A stretch of DNA of 36,140 nucleotides from Burkholderiales bacterium (GCA_035699685.1 DASSPL010000438.1:1-36140); one strand, 5' to 3'; positions 25,183-34,123 are shown, counted from the stretch's first letter. Notes: generated by a model from the sequence alone, not told the origin. Numbers and translations: made by a program.

Positions 25183-26940
25183 TTATCTTCTCGATGCGGA
25201 CGGAGGGGTGCCGCCCATCGCGGCGTCGTAGCCCGGCAGCACGCGCACGTCGATGACGCACACGGCGCCTTTTCTCACCTGCTCCATCCCCTGCTGGATC
25301 GCCGGCTTGAGGTCCTTCAGCTCCTTCACCGGCCCGATGCCGACCGCGCCCTGGGCGCGCGCCATCATCGCGAGGTCGATGTCGGGCTCGTCGATGCGCT
25401 GGCCGATCCACTTGTTCTCGACCGGCCGGCCGCGCTCCTTCGCCACGCGCTCCTGGTGCATCTCGTCGTTGTAGAAGGAGCGGTTGTTGGCCACGATCAC
25501 CAGGCACGGCAGCTTGTAATGCGTCGCCGTCCAGAGCGCCGTGTTGCCCATCAGGAAATCGCCGTCGCCGACGATGCCGACGACCATGCGGCTCGTTCCC
25601 TTGAGCGCCAGCGCCGCGCCGACGGTCAGGCCCGGCCCCGCCCCTACGCCGCCGCCGCCGTCGGCGCCGAGGTAATCGAGCGGATGGCGGAAATGGCGAT
25701 AGGCGCCGTTCCAGCCGAGCGGCAGCTTGGAGATGCACACGTCCGTGCCGGCGGTGAGCTCATTGAAGGCCTTGGCGAGCGCGCGAATCGAAACCGCGTT
25801 GTCCTCGGGCCAGTGGGTTTCATGCTTGGGTTGCACCGCGGCGGGCCGCGCCTTCACGGCATCGAGCAGCATCGGCACCGCGACATCCGGCTCGCACATC
25901 ATGTACACGTCGCCCGGCGGCAGGCCCTGGTAGTCGGCGCTCCAGCCGCGGTGGAGGTGGGCGTCGGTCGATACGCGGATCACCCTGGCGCCGATCGGCG
26001 CATCGCCCCACGCCGCCTTCAGCGTGCCGGCGGTATCCACCCAGTCGAGCGAAAGGATGACGTCGCAGTCGCGCAGGAGCTTCCCGTCCGGGAACGTCGC
26101 CGGCGGCGCGGCGTGCAGCGGATGGTCGGTCGGGAATGCAGCCGGGGTCTTGATGTCGGTGAATACCTTCGCCTGCAGCTTCTCGGCGAGCGCGACACGC
26201 GTCTTCCAGCCTTCCATGCTGCGGCTCACGCGGCCGGCGAGGATCGCCGGGTTCCTGGCCGTGGAGAGCAACTGCGCGGCGGCCCTTACGGTTTCCGCTT
26301 GAGGCACTACCGGATCCGGTGCCTTGAAGCGCGAGACGTCCGGCACCGGCGGCAGCGGGCCGATCTTCTGTTCCTGCAGGGCTGCATCCAGGTTGATGTA
26401 CGTCGGCCCGCGCGGCGCGGTGTTCGCCATCTGCACCGCGCGCAGCAGCGCTTCGTACGCCGCGGGCACCGATGCCGGCTGGTTGTCCCACTTCGTGTAG
26501 TCGCGCACCAGCGCGCCCTGGTCGGAGGCGGTATGAATCCAGTCGATCCACGGCCGGCGGCGCGCCGCGTCCCACGGGCCGGTGGCGCCGAGGATCAGCA
26601 TCGGCACACGATCGCACCACGCGTTGAAGATGGCCATCGAGCCGTGCATCAGGCCGACGTTGGAGTGCAGCACCGCGCCCATCATCTTGCCGGAGGCCTT
26701 GGCATAGCCGTGTGCGATGGCGATCGCCGATTCCTCGTGCAGGCAGAGCAGCATCTGCGGCCGCTCGTTGCCGAGGTAGTTGACGATGCTGTCGTGCAGC
26801 CCGCGGTAGCTGGCGCCCGGGTTGAGCGCGAGGTACGGTATGTCGAGCGCGCGCAGCATGGCGGCGATCGCGTCGCTGCCCCAGTGCTCCTTCGCCTCCG
26901 GCACCGGCGCCGGGACGTCCCTCAGGATTTCACTCGGCAC
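25183..26940 (-). CDS. Thiamine diphosphate-dependent enzyme (acetolactate synthase large subunit / benzoylformate decarboxylase-like)
   Basis: 585 aa. The N-terminal Pyr domain shows HEESAIAIAHGYAKASG (catalytic Glu). The C-terminal ThDP motif is GDGDFLM...VIVANN (GDG-X-NN). Confidence 0.92.
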   Translation of the reverse strand: MPSEILRDVPAPVPEAKEHWGSDAIAAMLRALDIPYLALNPGASYRGLHDSIVNYLGNERPQMLLCLHEESAIAIAHGYAKASGKMMGAVLHSNVGLMHGSMAIFNAWCDRVPMLILGATGPWDAARRRPWIDWIHTASDQGALVRDYTKWDNQPASVPAAYEALLRAVQMANTAPRGPTYINLDAALQEQKIGPLPPVPDVSRFKAPDPVVPQAETVRAAAQLLSTARNPAILAGRVSRSMEGWKTRVALAEKLQAKVFTDIKTPAAFPTDHPLHAAPPATFPDGKLLRDCDVILSLDWVDTAGTLKAAWGDAPIGARVIRVSTDAHLHRGWSADYQGLPPGDVYMMCEPDVAVPMLLDAVKARPAAVQPKHETHWPEDNAVSIRALAKAFNELTAGTDVCISKLPLGWNGAYRHFRHPLDYLGADGGGGVGAGPGLTVGAALALKGTSRMVVGIVGDGDFLMGNTALWTATHYKLPCLVIVANNRSFYNDEMHQERVAKERGRPVENKWIGQRIDEPDIDLAMMARAQGAVGIGPVKELKDLKPAIQQGMEQVRKGAVCVIDVRVLPGYDAAMGGTPPSASRR

Positions 26941-27886
26941 GGATGTTGGCCTCCTTGATCACCTTGCCCCACTTCTCGTGCTCGGCGCGGATGAAGCGCG
27001 CGAACTCCTCGGGCGAATTGGTGACGAGCTCGATGCCTTGCGGCGCCAGCTTCGCCCTGACATCCGGCAACGCGAGGACGCGCGCGATCTCGCCGTTCAC
27101 CTTCTTCACGATGTCGGCCGGCGCCCTCGCCGGCATGAAGACGCCGAGCCAGGGATCGACCGAGAAGCCCGGCAGCGTCTCGCCGATGGCCGGCGTGCTG
27201 CCGAGATTGGCGAAGCGCTGCGGCGCGGTGCTGCCCAGGAGCTTGAGCTTGCCGTCCTTGATGTGCGGCAGCAGCGAGTTGGCGGCGCCGATCCACACCT
27301 GGATGCGCCCCGGCAGCAGGTCCTGGATGGCGGGCGCCGCTCCCTTGTAGGGCACGTGGTTCATCCGGATGCCGCCGAGGAGCTGCAGCATCGCCGCGGA
27401 GAGATGTTGCGGGCTGCCATTGCCGGAAGAGCCGAAGTTGAGCTCGTTCGGGCGCGCCCTGGCGTACGCGACCAGCTCCTGCACCGAGTTCACCGGCACC
27501 GAGGAAGGCACGACCAGGAGGAACTGGATGCGCGCCACCTGCGTCACCGGCAGCAGGTCGGTGAAGGGATCGTAGGTGGTCGCTTTCGCGATGTACGGGT
27601 TGGTGACGTAGACGTTGTCCGGCGCGAGCAGCCACGTGTATCCGTCGGGCGCGCTCTTCGCGACGGCGTCGGAGCCGATGTTCTGGCTGCCGCCGGTGCG
27701 GTTCTCCACCACCACGGGCTGCTTCCACGATTCCTGGATGTTCGACGCGAGCGTGCGCGCGATCGTGTCCGGCGAGCCGCCCGGCGGCAGCGGCACGATG
27801 ATCTTGATCGGCCGGTCCGGGAAACCCTGGGCAGCGGCGAACGACGAGACAAGCGCGGCAAACGCCGCAATCAGCCACCGATTCAC
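26930..27886 (-). CDS. Bug-family (TctC-like) tripartite tricarboxylate transporter substrate-binding protein
   Basis: 318 aa with signal peptide MNRWLIAAFAALVSSFAAAQG. The hallmark FPDRPIKIIVPLPPGGSPD and ENRTGGSQNIG follow. It overlaps the downstream ThDP-enzyme start by 11 nt. Confidence 0.92.
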   Translation of the reverse strand: MNRWLIAAFAALVSSFAAAQGFPDRPIKIIVPLPPGGSPDTIARTLASNIQESWKQPVVVENRTGGSQNIGSDAVAKSAPDGYTWLLAPDNVYVTNPYIAKATTYDPFTDLLPVTQVARIQFLLVVPSSVPVNSVQELVAYARARPNELNFGSSGNGSPQHLSAAMLQLLGGIRMNHVPYKGAAPAIQDLLPGRIQVWIGAANSLLPHIKDGKLKLLGSTAPQRFANLGSTPAIGETLPGFSVDPWLGVFMPARAPADIVKKVNGEIARVLALPDVRAKLAPQGIELVTNSPEEFARFIRAEHEKWGKVIKEANIRAE

Positions 27887-27973
27887 GTGTCCTCCTCGAA
27901 TGTTGCGGCGCCCAGTTTACCTATTGCGGGGGCCGGAATACGATGGTCTTTCACAGAGGAGGAGCTCCCCACC

Positions 27974-29509
27974 ATGCTGACCCCGGAAGAACTGGCGCAG
28001 TTGGAAGGCGCCGAGTCGCTGTTCCCGTCGCCGATCCCCGTGCAGTACGTGTCGAGCGACGAATTCATGCCCGACCCGCAGAGCGCGCAGCAGAAGGAGT
28101 TCGAGGCGCGCATCAAGGAGATGGGCGCGGACCTGGCCCGCAAGCACGGCATGACCCGCCGGCGCTTCTTCCAGACGGCGGGCGGCATGGCGGCCGCGTT
28201 CACCGCCATGAACCAGGTGCATGCGAAGAACTCGCAGCCGGTCTACGAGGTGCTGAAGGACGAGCCGGCGAACCTGCAGCTCGCCCAGGCGCGCGCCGAC
28301 TCGCTCAAGGGCCAGTTCGTGATGGACATGCACACCCATTTCCTGCGCGAGGGCACCCCGATCAAGGGCTTCATCGCGCAGCGCGCGGCGGTCGGCAAGG
28401 CCGGCTGGAACCCGTCGCTGAAGGAAAAGGAGCAGACCATCGAAGACCTGATGTTCCCGAACTACTTCAAGGAGGTCTTCCTCGACAGCGACACCAAGGT
28501 CGCCTGCATCAGCGGCTCCTACTCCGTCGACGAGAAGTTCTCCTTCCTGACGAACGACATGAAGGCGCAGGCGCGCCAGAAGGTGAACAGCGAGTCGGGC
28601 ACCCGGCGCATGTTCTCGCACGCCATCTTCACGCCGGGCTGGCCGAACTGGCTCGACAAGGTGGAGGAGGAGAACGAGCGCCTGCGCCCCGATTCGTGGA
28701 AGGGCTACACGATCGGCGACAACACGAACAAGCACCTGTCCAAGTATCCGTTCCGCCTGGACGACGAGAAGATCATGTATCCGTTCTACGAGAAGCTGGT
28801 GAAGTGGTCGAAGCAGTATCCCGACCGCCCCGGCCTCAAGAACGTCTGCATCCACAAGGGCCTCTTCACGCCGTCGGTCGAGCGCCAGTTCCCGCACCTG
28901 GTGGGCTTCTGCAACGTCGCCGACGTCGGCAAGGCGGCCAAGGACTGGCCGCAGCTCAACTTCATCATCTACCACTCGGCCTACCGCTGGATCGGCGGCC
29001 CCGACGCCCGCGCCGAGAATGCCTGGAACCAGCTGCAGCGCACCGGCCGCATCGAGTGGGTGAGCGACCTCGCCGATATCCCGAAGGAGTACGGCGTGAA
29101 CAACGTCTACGGCGACCTCGGGCAGATCTTCGCGCACAGCAACATGGCCGACCCGCGCGTCGCCGCCTACATGCTCGGCATGATGATCAAGGGCATGGGC
29201 GCCGACCACGTCGTGTGGGGCACCGACGCCGTGTGGACCGGCTCGCCGCAGTGGCAGATCGAGTCGCTGCGCCGCATGGAGATCCCGGACGACATCCGCC
29301 AGAAATACGGCTTCGAGCCGCTCGGCCCGGCCAACGGCCCGGTGAAGAGCGCGATCCTCGGCGGCAACAACGCCCGCCTCTACGGCTTCACGCCGAAGAT
29401 GCAGAGCGCGCTCGAGAACGACCAGGTCGCGCAGTGGAAGAACCTGTACGACAAGGACGGCGGCGAGCGCTCGAACCTGGTGTACGGGTATATCCGCAAG
29501 TCGGCATAG
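27974..29509 (+). CDS. Amidohydrolase-family metal-dependent hydrolase with a twin-arginine (Tat) motif
   Basis: ATG 27974 lies 9 nt after AGAGGAGGAG. The ORF-track start at 26822 is antisense to the Bug gene and was rejected. The Tat-like motif is GMTRRRFFQTAGGMAAAFTAMNQVHA/K at aa 59-85. A metal-binding motif FVMDMHTHF is present. ATG 28121 and ATG 28151 are alternative starts. Confidence 0.8.
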   Translation: MLTPEELAQLEGAESLFPSPIPVQYVSSDEFMPDPQSAQQKEFEARIKEMGADLARKHGMTRRRFFQTAGGMAAAFTAMNQVHAKNSQPVYEVLKDEPANLQLAQARADSLKGQFVMDMHTHFLREGTPIKGFIAQRAAVGKAGWNPSLKEKEQTIEDLMFPNYFKEVFLDSDTKVACISGSYSVDEKFSFLTNDMKAQARQKVNSESGTRRMFSHAIFTPGWPNWLDKVEEENERLRPDSWKGYTIGDNTNKHLSKYPFRLDDEKIMYPFYEKLVKWSKQYPDRPGLKNVCIHKGLFTPSVERQFPHLVGFCNVADVGKAAKDWPQLNFIIYHSAYRWIGGPDARAENAWNQLQRTGRIEWVSDLADIPKEYGVNNVYGDLGQIFAHSNMADPRVAAYMLGMMIKGMGADHVVWGTDAVWTGSPQWQIESLRRMEIPDDIRQKYGFEPLGPANGPVKSAILGGNNARLYGFTPKMQSALENDQVAQWKNLYDKDGGERSNLVYGYIRKSA

Positions 29510-29528
29510 AATCCCATCAACCCATAAC

Positions 29529-29556
29529 GGGCCCGCGCAAGCGGGCCTTTTTTATT
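29529..29556 (+). terminator. Rho-independent terminator downstream of the amidohydrolase gene
   Basis: GGCCCGC-GCAA-GCGGGCC forms a GC stem with a GNRA-type loop and is followed by TTTTTTATT. Confidence 0.7.
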
Positions 29557-29557
29557 C

Positions 29558-30472
29558 ATGCAAGGCACCGAGCACTGGACCACCAAGCGCACGCCGGACG
29601 GCGACGTGCGCCTCTTCATCTGGCGCAAGCGGCAAGCCGATGCACCCAAGGGAGCCATCGTCTGGGTGCACGGCTCCTCCGTGCAGTCGGTGCCGGTGTT
29701 CGACCTGCAGATTCCCGGCCGGCCGGAATCGTCGGTCATGGACTGGTTCGCGCGGCTGGGCTACGACAACTGGTGCTTCGACTGCGAGGGCTACGGCCGC
29801 TCGGACAAGAAGCGCCCGATCAACGCCGACATCGCCACCGGCGCCGACGACATCGCGGCGGTGGTCGATTTCATCAAGCGCACGGCCGGCGTGCCGAAGG
29901 TGCTGATGTACGGCTCATCGTCCGGCGCGCTGCGCGCCGGGCTCTATGCCGAGCGGCATCCCGGGAACGTCGCCCGGCTCGCGCTCGACGCGCTCACCTA
30001 CACGGGCGAGAACAGCCCCACCCTGACCGAGCGGCGCAAGAAGCTGCCGCAGTACAAGGCATCCAACCGCCGCCCGATCGACCGCGCCTTCGTCGAATCC
30101 ATGTTCACCCGCGACGGCCACGGCGAGGCGGTCGATCCGGTGGTGCTCGACGCCTTCGCCAAGGCCGTGCTGTCGATGGACGACTCGATGCCGACCGGCA
30201 CCTACGTCGACATGACCGAGAACCTGCCGGTGGTGCACCCGGAGAAGCTGGTGGTGCCGACGATGATCATGCGCGGCCAGTGGGACGGCATCGCCTCGTT
30301 CGAGGATGTGCTCGACTTCTTCGTCAAGCTGCCGAACCCCGACAAGCAGCTCACCCTCATGCCCGGCGCGCACTCGAGCCTGCGCTCCAAGAACTGGCGC
30401 CGCGCCTACCACGTCATCGACACCTTCTTCGACCGCCCTGCTCTCGGCTACACCGGCGCTTCCGCCTCGTAG
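29558..30472 (+). CDS. Alpha/beta-fold hydrolase
   Basis: 304 aa. It has an oxyanion region WVHGSS, a nucleophile elbow MYGSSSGA (GxSxG), an acid in RGQWDGIA and a His in MPGAHSS. The start codon lies 1 nt after the terminator T-tract. Confidence 0.85.
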   Translation: MQGTEHWTTKRTPDGDVRLFIWRKRQADAPKGAIVWVHGSSVQSVPVFDLQIPGRPESSVMDWFARLGYDNWCFDCEGYGRSDKKRPINADIATGADDIAAVVDFIKRTAGVPKVLMYGSSSGALRAGLYAERHPGNVARLALDALTYTGENSPTLTERRKKLPQYKASNRRPIDRAFVESMFTRDGHGEAVDPVVLDAFAKAVLSMDDSMPTGTYVDMTENLPVVHPEKLVVPTMIMRGQWDGIASFEDVLDFFVKLPNPDKQLTLMPGAHSSLRSKNWRRAYHVIDTFFDRPALGYTGASAS

Positions 30473-31614
30473 CGCCGGAACGCGGCATAGAGCGCCAGGT
30501 CGTAGGCGATCTTCAGCACTCCGCAGGCGATGAGGGGCGCCGCCATCGCGCCGGCGGCGAACATCGCGCCGGTCAATGACGGGCTCAGCGCGGCCGCCAG
30601 GCTGCGGGGCACCGAGGTAAAGCTTGCCGCCGCCGGGCGCTCGGCCGGCGTGACCACCGTCATGACGAAGGCGCCGCGCGCCGGCACGTCCATCTGCGAG
30701 AGCAGGCTCCTCGCCAATAGAAATCCCAGAGCGACCTCCAGGCTGGGGGAGAGCGCGGCGGCAATCAGGAACAGGCTCGACGGGATATGCGTGAACACCA
30801 TGGTGTTCACCATGCCGATGCGGCGCGCGAGCGGACCGGCGGCGAGCTGGGACACCGCCGCAAGCAGCCCGGTCCAGAAGAAGAACGCCCCCGCCGCGGC
30901 GAGCGACATGCCGAAGCGCTCGAAGAGCCACAGCGCGAGGAGCGAGTTGAGCACCAGGCCGCCGGCGAAGGAGTCGATGCTGAAGAGCGCCGCCAGCCGC
31001 CAGACGATGGCGCGGGAGGGCCCGAGCGGCACGGCCGGCTTCTGCTCCTCGATCCTCGGGCTCGGCAGGCCGCGGTAAAGCAGCCACACGGCGACGCCGG
31101 TCGCCGCGTAAATCAGGAACATGCCGCGCAGCGCATCGAGCATGGAGAGCCGCGCGCCGAGCCACTCCGGCAGCCCCGACAGCAGCGCGCCGCCGGCGCC
31201 GGCGATCGAGCCGATGAAGCTGTAGCGCGCGAAGATGCTCGTGCGATCGGCGGCGGTGGCGAGCATCGTGTGGTCGAGCGGCATGAACACGCTGGCGTCG
31301 CCGCTCGATGGATTGAGCGTGCCGCAGAAGGCGACCAGCAGCAGCGGCCAGAACGAGGAGAAGCCGGCGAAGCCGAGCCCGGTCACGGTCATCAGGGCCG
31401 CCGCGCCGAGGAGCAGCGTGCGCAGGGCGAAGCGATGCCCCCATCGGCCGACCGCAAGCGTGGAGAACGCCGAGCCGAGCAGCGTCGCGGTGCTGATCAC
31501 GCCGACTTCGAATACCCCGAGGCCGAGGGCCAGCAGGTAGGCCGGCAGGACGACCGCGATGAAGCCGTCGGCGAACGAGCGCAGCGCGCGGGCCGCGAGG
31601 ATGCGGCCGATCAC
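30448..31614 (-). CDS. MFS transporter
   Basis: GTG at 31614 overlaps the TGA of the upstream gene (GTGA). 388 aa, highly hydrophobic with ~12 spans. The ORF-track extension to 32175 is an out-of-frame overlap with the rhodanese/ChrB gene and was rejected. Confidence 0.8.
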   Translation of the reverse strand: MIGRILAARALRSFADGFIAVVLPAYLLALGLGVFEVGVISTATLLGSAFSTLAVGRWGHRFALRTLLLGAAALMTVTGLGFAGFSSFWPLLLVAFCGTLNPSSGDASVFMPLDHTMLATAADRTSIFARYSFIGSIAGAGGALLSGLPEWLGARLSMLDALRGMFLIYAATGVAVWLLYRGLPSPRIEEQKPAVPLGPSRAIVWRLAALFSIDSFAGGLVLNSLLALWLFERFGMSLAAAGAFFFWTGLLAAVSQLAAGPLARRIGMVNTMVFTHIPSSLFLIAAALSPSLEVALGFLLARSLLSQMDVPARGAFVMTVVTPAERPAAASFTSVPRSLAAALSPSLTGAMFAAGAMAAPLIACGVLKIAYDLALYAAFRRYEAEAPV

Positions 31615-32366
31615 TGCTCCCTGCACCACGCGTAGAGCGCGTCGTACATCACCATGCCGTGCTTCAGCATCTCGTGGTCGTCGGCGAAGTTCAGCGACAG
31701 GCCGAGCGAGATGGCGTAGAGCCCCGCCGCCTGCGGCTCCGCCGCCAGGCTCGACGTGTCCGCGGCACGGACGATGCACGCCAGCCGCTCGAGCGCCGGA
31801 TCGGTGAGCCGGTAGTGCCGGATGAAGGCGTCGAAGCTGCACCGATCGCCGTCGTGCCCGAAGTGCACGCCGGAAATGTCGTAGGGAATGGCCTCGCGCT
31901 CCTTCGCCGCGCACGCCACCTCCTTCGCCGGCACATAGAGGAACTCGGCCTGCGGATCGACGAAGCGTGCGACCAGCCATGGGCAGGCGATGCGGTCGAT
32001 CTTCGGCCGCTCGCGCGTCACCCAGCGCGTCGCCGCGTTGGCCGGCTTGCGGTCGAGCTCGCCGCCGGCGGCTTTCCACCCTTCCTCGAGCCCGCCTTCC
32101 AGGAACGAAGCCTTGATGCCGGCGAGCGCAAGCGCGGCGGCGGTGCTCTGGCTCACCTCGTGCCCGTGCACGCAATAGACCACCACGTTGCTCGCCCGCG
32201 GCAGTGCCCTGGCCCAGGCGCCGACCTGCTCGGGATCCCGGCGCAGCGCGCCGCCCAGCATTTCGCGCGACGCGAGAAACGCCGGGGCCCGGCGCACGTC
32301 GATCACGATCGGCGCCTGAGAGCTCGCGATCTGGCGCTTCAGGTCAACGGCCGAGATCGAATTCAT
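31611..32366 (-). CDS. Rhodanese domain fused to a ChrB C-terminal (Chrome_Resist) domain
   Basis: 251 aa. The N-terminal rhodanese-like part is PIVIDVRR...VVVYCVHGHEVSQ. The C-terminal part is RWVTRERPKIDRIACPWLVARFVDPQAEFLYVP. It is paralogous to WATRKAPWVDRLASAWLIKRFIDREARFAWI in the ChrB-like gene at 33188. Confidence 0.75.
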   Translation of the reverse strand: MNSISAVDLKRQIASSQAPIVIDVRRAPAFLASREMLGGALRRDPEQVGAWARALPRASNVVVYCVHGHEVSQSTAAALALAGIKASFLEGGLEEGWKAAGGELDRKPANAATRWVTRERPKIDRIACPWLVARFVDPQAEFLYVPAKEVACAAKEREAIPYDISGVHFGHDGDRCSFDAFIRHYRLTDPALERLACIVRAADTSSLAAEPQAAGLYAISLGLSLNFADDHEMLKHGMVMYDALYAWCREQ

Positions 32367-32411
32367 GGCTGCACGTGATCAGCTTCAGGTTATAGCGCAC
32401 GTCATCCCTCC

Positions 32412-33005
32412 TCAGTCGATTTTCAGGGCCATCCGCGCCAGCCGCCGGCCGAGATCGGCACACGGCCCGACGCGCACATGGGTCGCGCGCTGCGCCGGCG
32501 GCGAGCGCCTCAGGTCCGCGGTGCCGATCTTCGTCGCGCCTTTCAGCGCCAGGTCCACCTTCCAGGCGGAGCGCTGCGTGTCGCTGTAGGCGATGAAGGC
32601 CATCTGCTCCGCCGAGTAGACCAGCGCGGCGAAGCCCACGTCCTTGTCGCTGTCGGCATCGAGGGCGAGAGAGTGCACGGTCACGGCGAGGGTTTGGGGG
32701 TCGACGCGCCAGAGCATCGGCACGACATTGCTCGTGACCAGCACCTCGCCTTTCGGCCCGATGGCGAGATCGGGCGGGCAGTGCGGCGCGTCAGCCCAGA
32801 TCCAGCCCGGCAGCGCGATCGCCCTGCGCTCATCCTCGGCGCTGCGCAGCACGACTCCCTCGCGCGTGAGCCACCAGGACCGCAAGCGTGCCTCGTCGAC
32901 CTGGTAGCGGATCATCGAAGAAGTCTCGGACGGGGTATCGGCGTTGCAGGCGGGAAGGCCGGCGAACAGGGCGGCGGCCAGGATTGCGGCAGTGGCGGTT
33001 CTCAT
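32412..33005 (-). CDS. Exported (possibly lipo-)protein, unknown function
   Basis: ATG at 33005 has AAGGAG 8 nt upstream. The signal peptide is MRTATAAILAAALFAGLPAC/NAD. 197 aa, no family recognised. Confidence 0.6.
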   Translation of the reverse strand: MRTATAAILAAALFAGLPACNADTPSETSSMIRYQVDEARLRSWWLTREGVVLRSAEDERRAIALPGWIWADAPHCPPDLAIGPKGEVLVTSNVVPMLWRVDPQTLAVTVHSLALDADSDKDVGFAALVYSAEQMAFIAYSDTQRSAWKVDLALKGATKIGTADLRRSPPAQRATHVRVGPCADLGRRLARMALKID

Positions 33006-33187
33006 ACACGTACTCCTTCCCCGGAGGGTCTGGAGCAGCGCTTGAGACGAGGGGTCTTGGAGACCGGGTGTCTGCTTTGACCCGGCTAGGGCTCGGCCCT
33101 ACATGCCCTGCACGCTATTCCCCGACCCGTGCGGCGTCAATGGTTCTTCGTATCTTTTGTCACTAGTCCGTGATACATATAACAGGC

Positions 33188-34123
33188 ATGGAAAGCTTCA
33201 ATACCCTGGTGCTGAGCCTGCCGACGCGCAACTCCACCTTGCGCATGCGCCTGTGGCGCGCGCTGAGGGAATCGGGCTGCGGCGCGGTTCGCGACGGCGT
33301 CTACGTCCTGCCCGCCGCCGCCGACGGCGCGGCGCTCGCGCGGCTGGAATCCGACATCCGCGCGAACGGCGGCTTCGCCCTGACGGCGGAGCTCAAGCCG
33401 CGCACGGCGGAGCAGCTCGCCAGCCTCCGAAAGCTGTTCGACCGCACCGCCGAGTACGGCCCGCTGGTCGAAAGAATCAGCGCGGCAAGAAGCTCGCTCT
33501 CCCGCCTCGGCTCACGCCGCGCCCAGACCGAGATCCGCCGGCTCGAGCGGGCCATGGGCAGGCTGGTGCAGATCGATTTCTTCCCCGGCGAGGCGAAAAC
33601 CCAGGCAGCGACCGCCCTCGCCGGCCTGAAGAGCGCCTACGCCGCCCTGTATGCCGGAGGCGAGCCACGTACCTCGAAGCGAGGCTTGCGCCAGCTCGAT
33701 CCGTCGCGCTACCAGAAGCGCCTATGGGCGACGCGCAAAGCGCCGTGGGTCGACCGGCTCGCGAGCGCCTGGCTCATCAAGCGCTTCATCGACCGCGAGG
33801 CCCGCTTCGCCTGGATCGCGCGGCCGAGCGAATGCCCGAAGAACGCCATCGGCTTCGATTTCGATGGCGCCGACTTCACCCACGTCAAGAACCGCGTCAC
33901 CTTCGAGGTACTGGCGGCGAGCTTCGGGCTGGATCGCGACCCCGGGGTCGCCTCGATCGGCGCGGCCGTGCACTTCCTCGATGTCGGCGGCATTCCCGCT
34001 CCGGATGCCAAGGGGCTCGAGACGATGCTGAAGGGCGCGCGCGAAAAAGCCCGCAGCGACGACGCGTTGCTCGCCGAGGCGATGCGCGTGCTCGACCTGC
34101 TGTATTCCGGCCTTACACGGTAA
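33188..34123 (+). CDS. chrB: ChrB-family chromate-resistance regulator-like protein
   Basis: The N-terminal ChrB pattern is LVLSLPTRNSTLRMRLWRALRESGCGAVRDGVYVLP. The C-terminal Chrome_Resist block is WATRKAPWVDRLASAWLIKRFID. I chose ATG 33188; GTG 33170 is an alternative. Confidence 0.75.
   Translation: MESFNTLVLSLPTRNSTLRMRLWRALRESGCGAVRDGVYVLPAAADGAALARLESDIRANGGFALTAELKPRTAEQLASLRKLFDRTAEYGPLVERISAARSSLSRLGSRRAQTEIRRLERAMGRLVQIDFFPGEAKTQAATALAGLKSAYAALYAGGEPRTSKRGLRQLDPSRYQKRLWATRKAPWVDRLASAWLIKRFIDREARFAWIARPSECPKNAIGFDFDGADFTHVKNRVTFEVLAASFGLDRDPGVASIGAAVHFLDVGGIPAPDAKGLETMLKGAREKARSDDALLAEAMRVLDLLYSGLTR

Noticed and set aside
23965-26958. 997-aa ORF, the longest in the track
   Set aside because: It runs antisense across two separate, well-supported genes (MFS transporter and ThDP enzyme). 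Its composition is dominated by Arg/Ala/Gly/His/Asp and it has no motifs. It is a high-GC artefact.
33140-33187. Possible sigma-70 promoter (TTGTCA ... TATAAC) just upstream of chrB
   Set aside because: The hexamers are plausible, but the -10 would lie only ~8 nt from the ATG, implying a leaderless mRNA. The evidence is too weak to call without TSS data.
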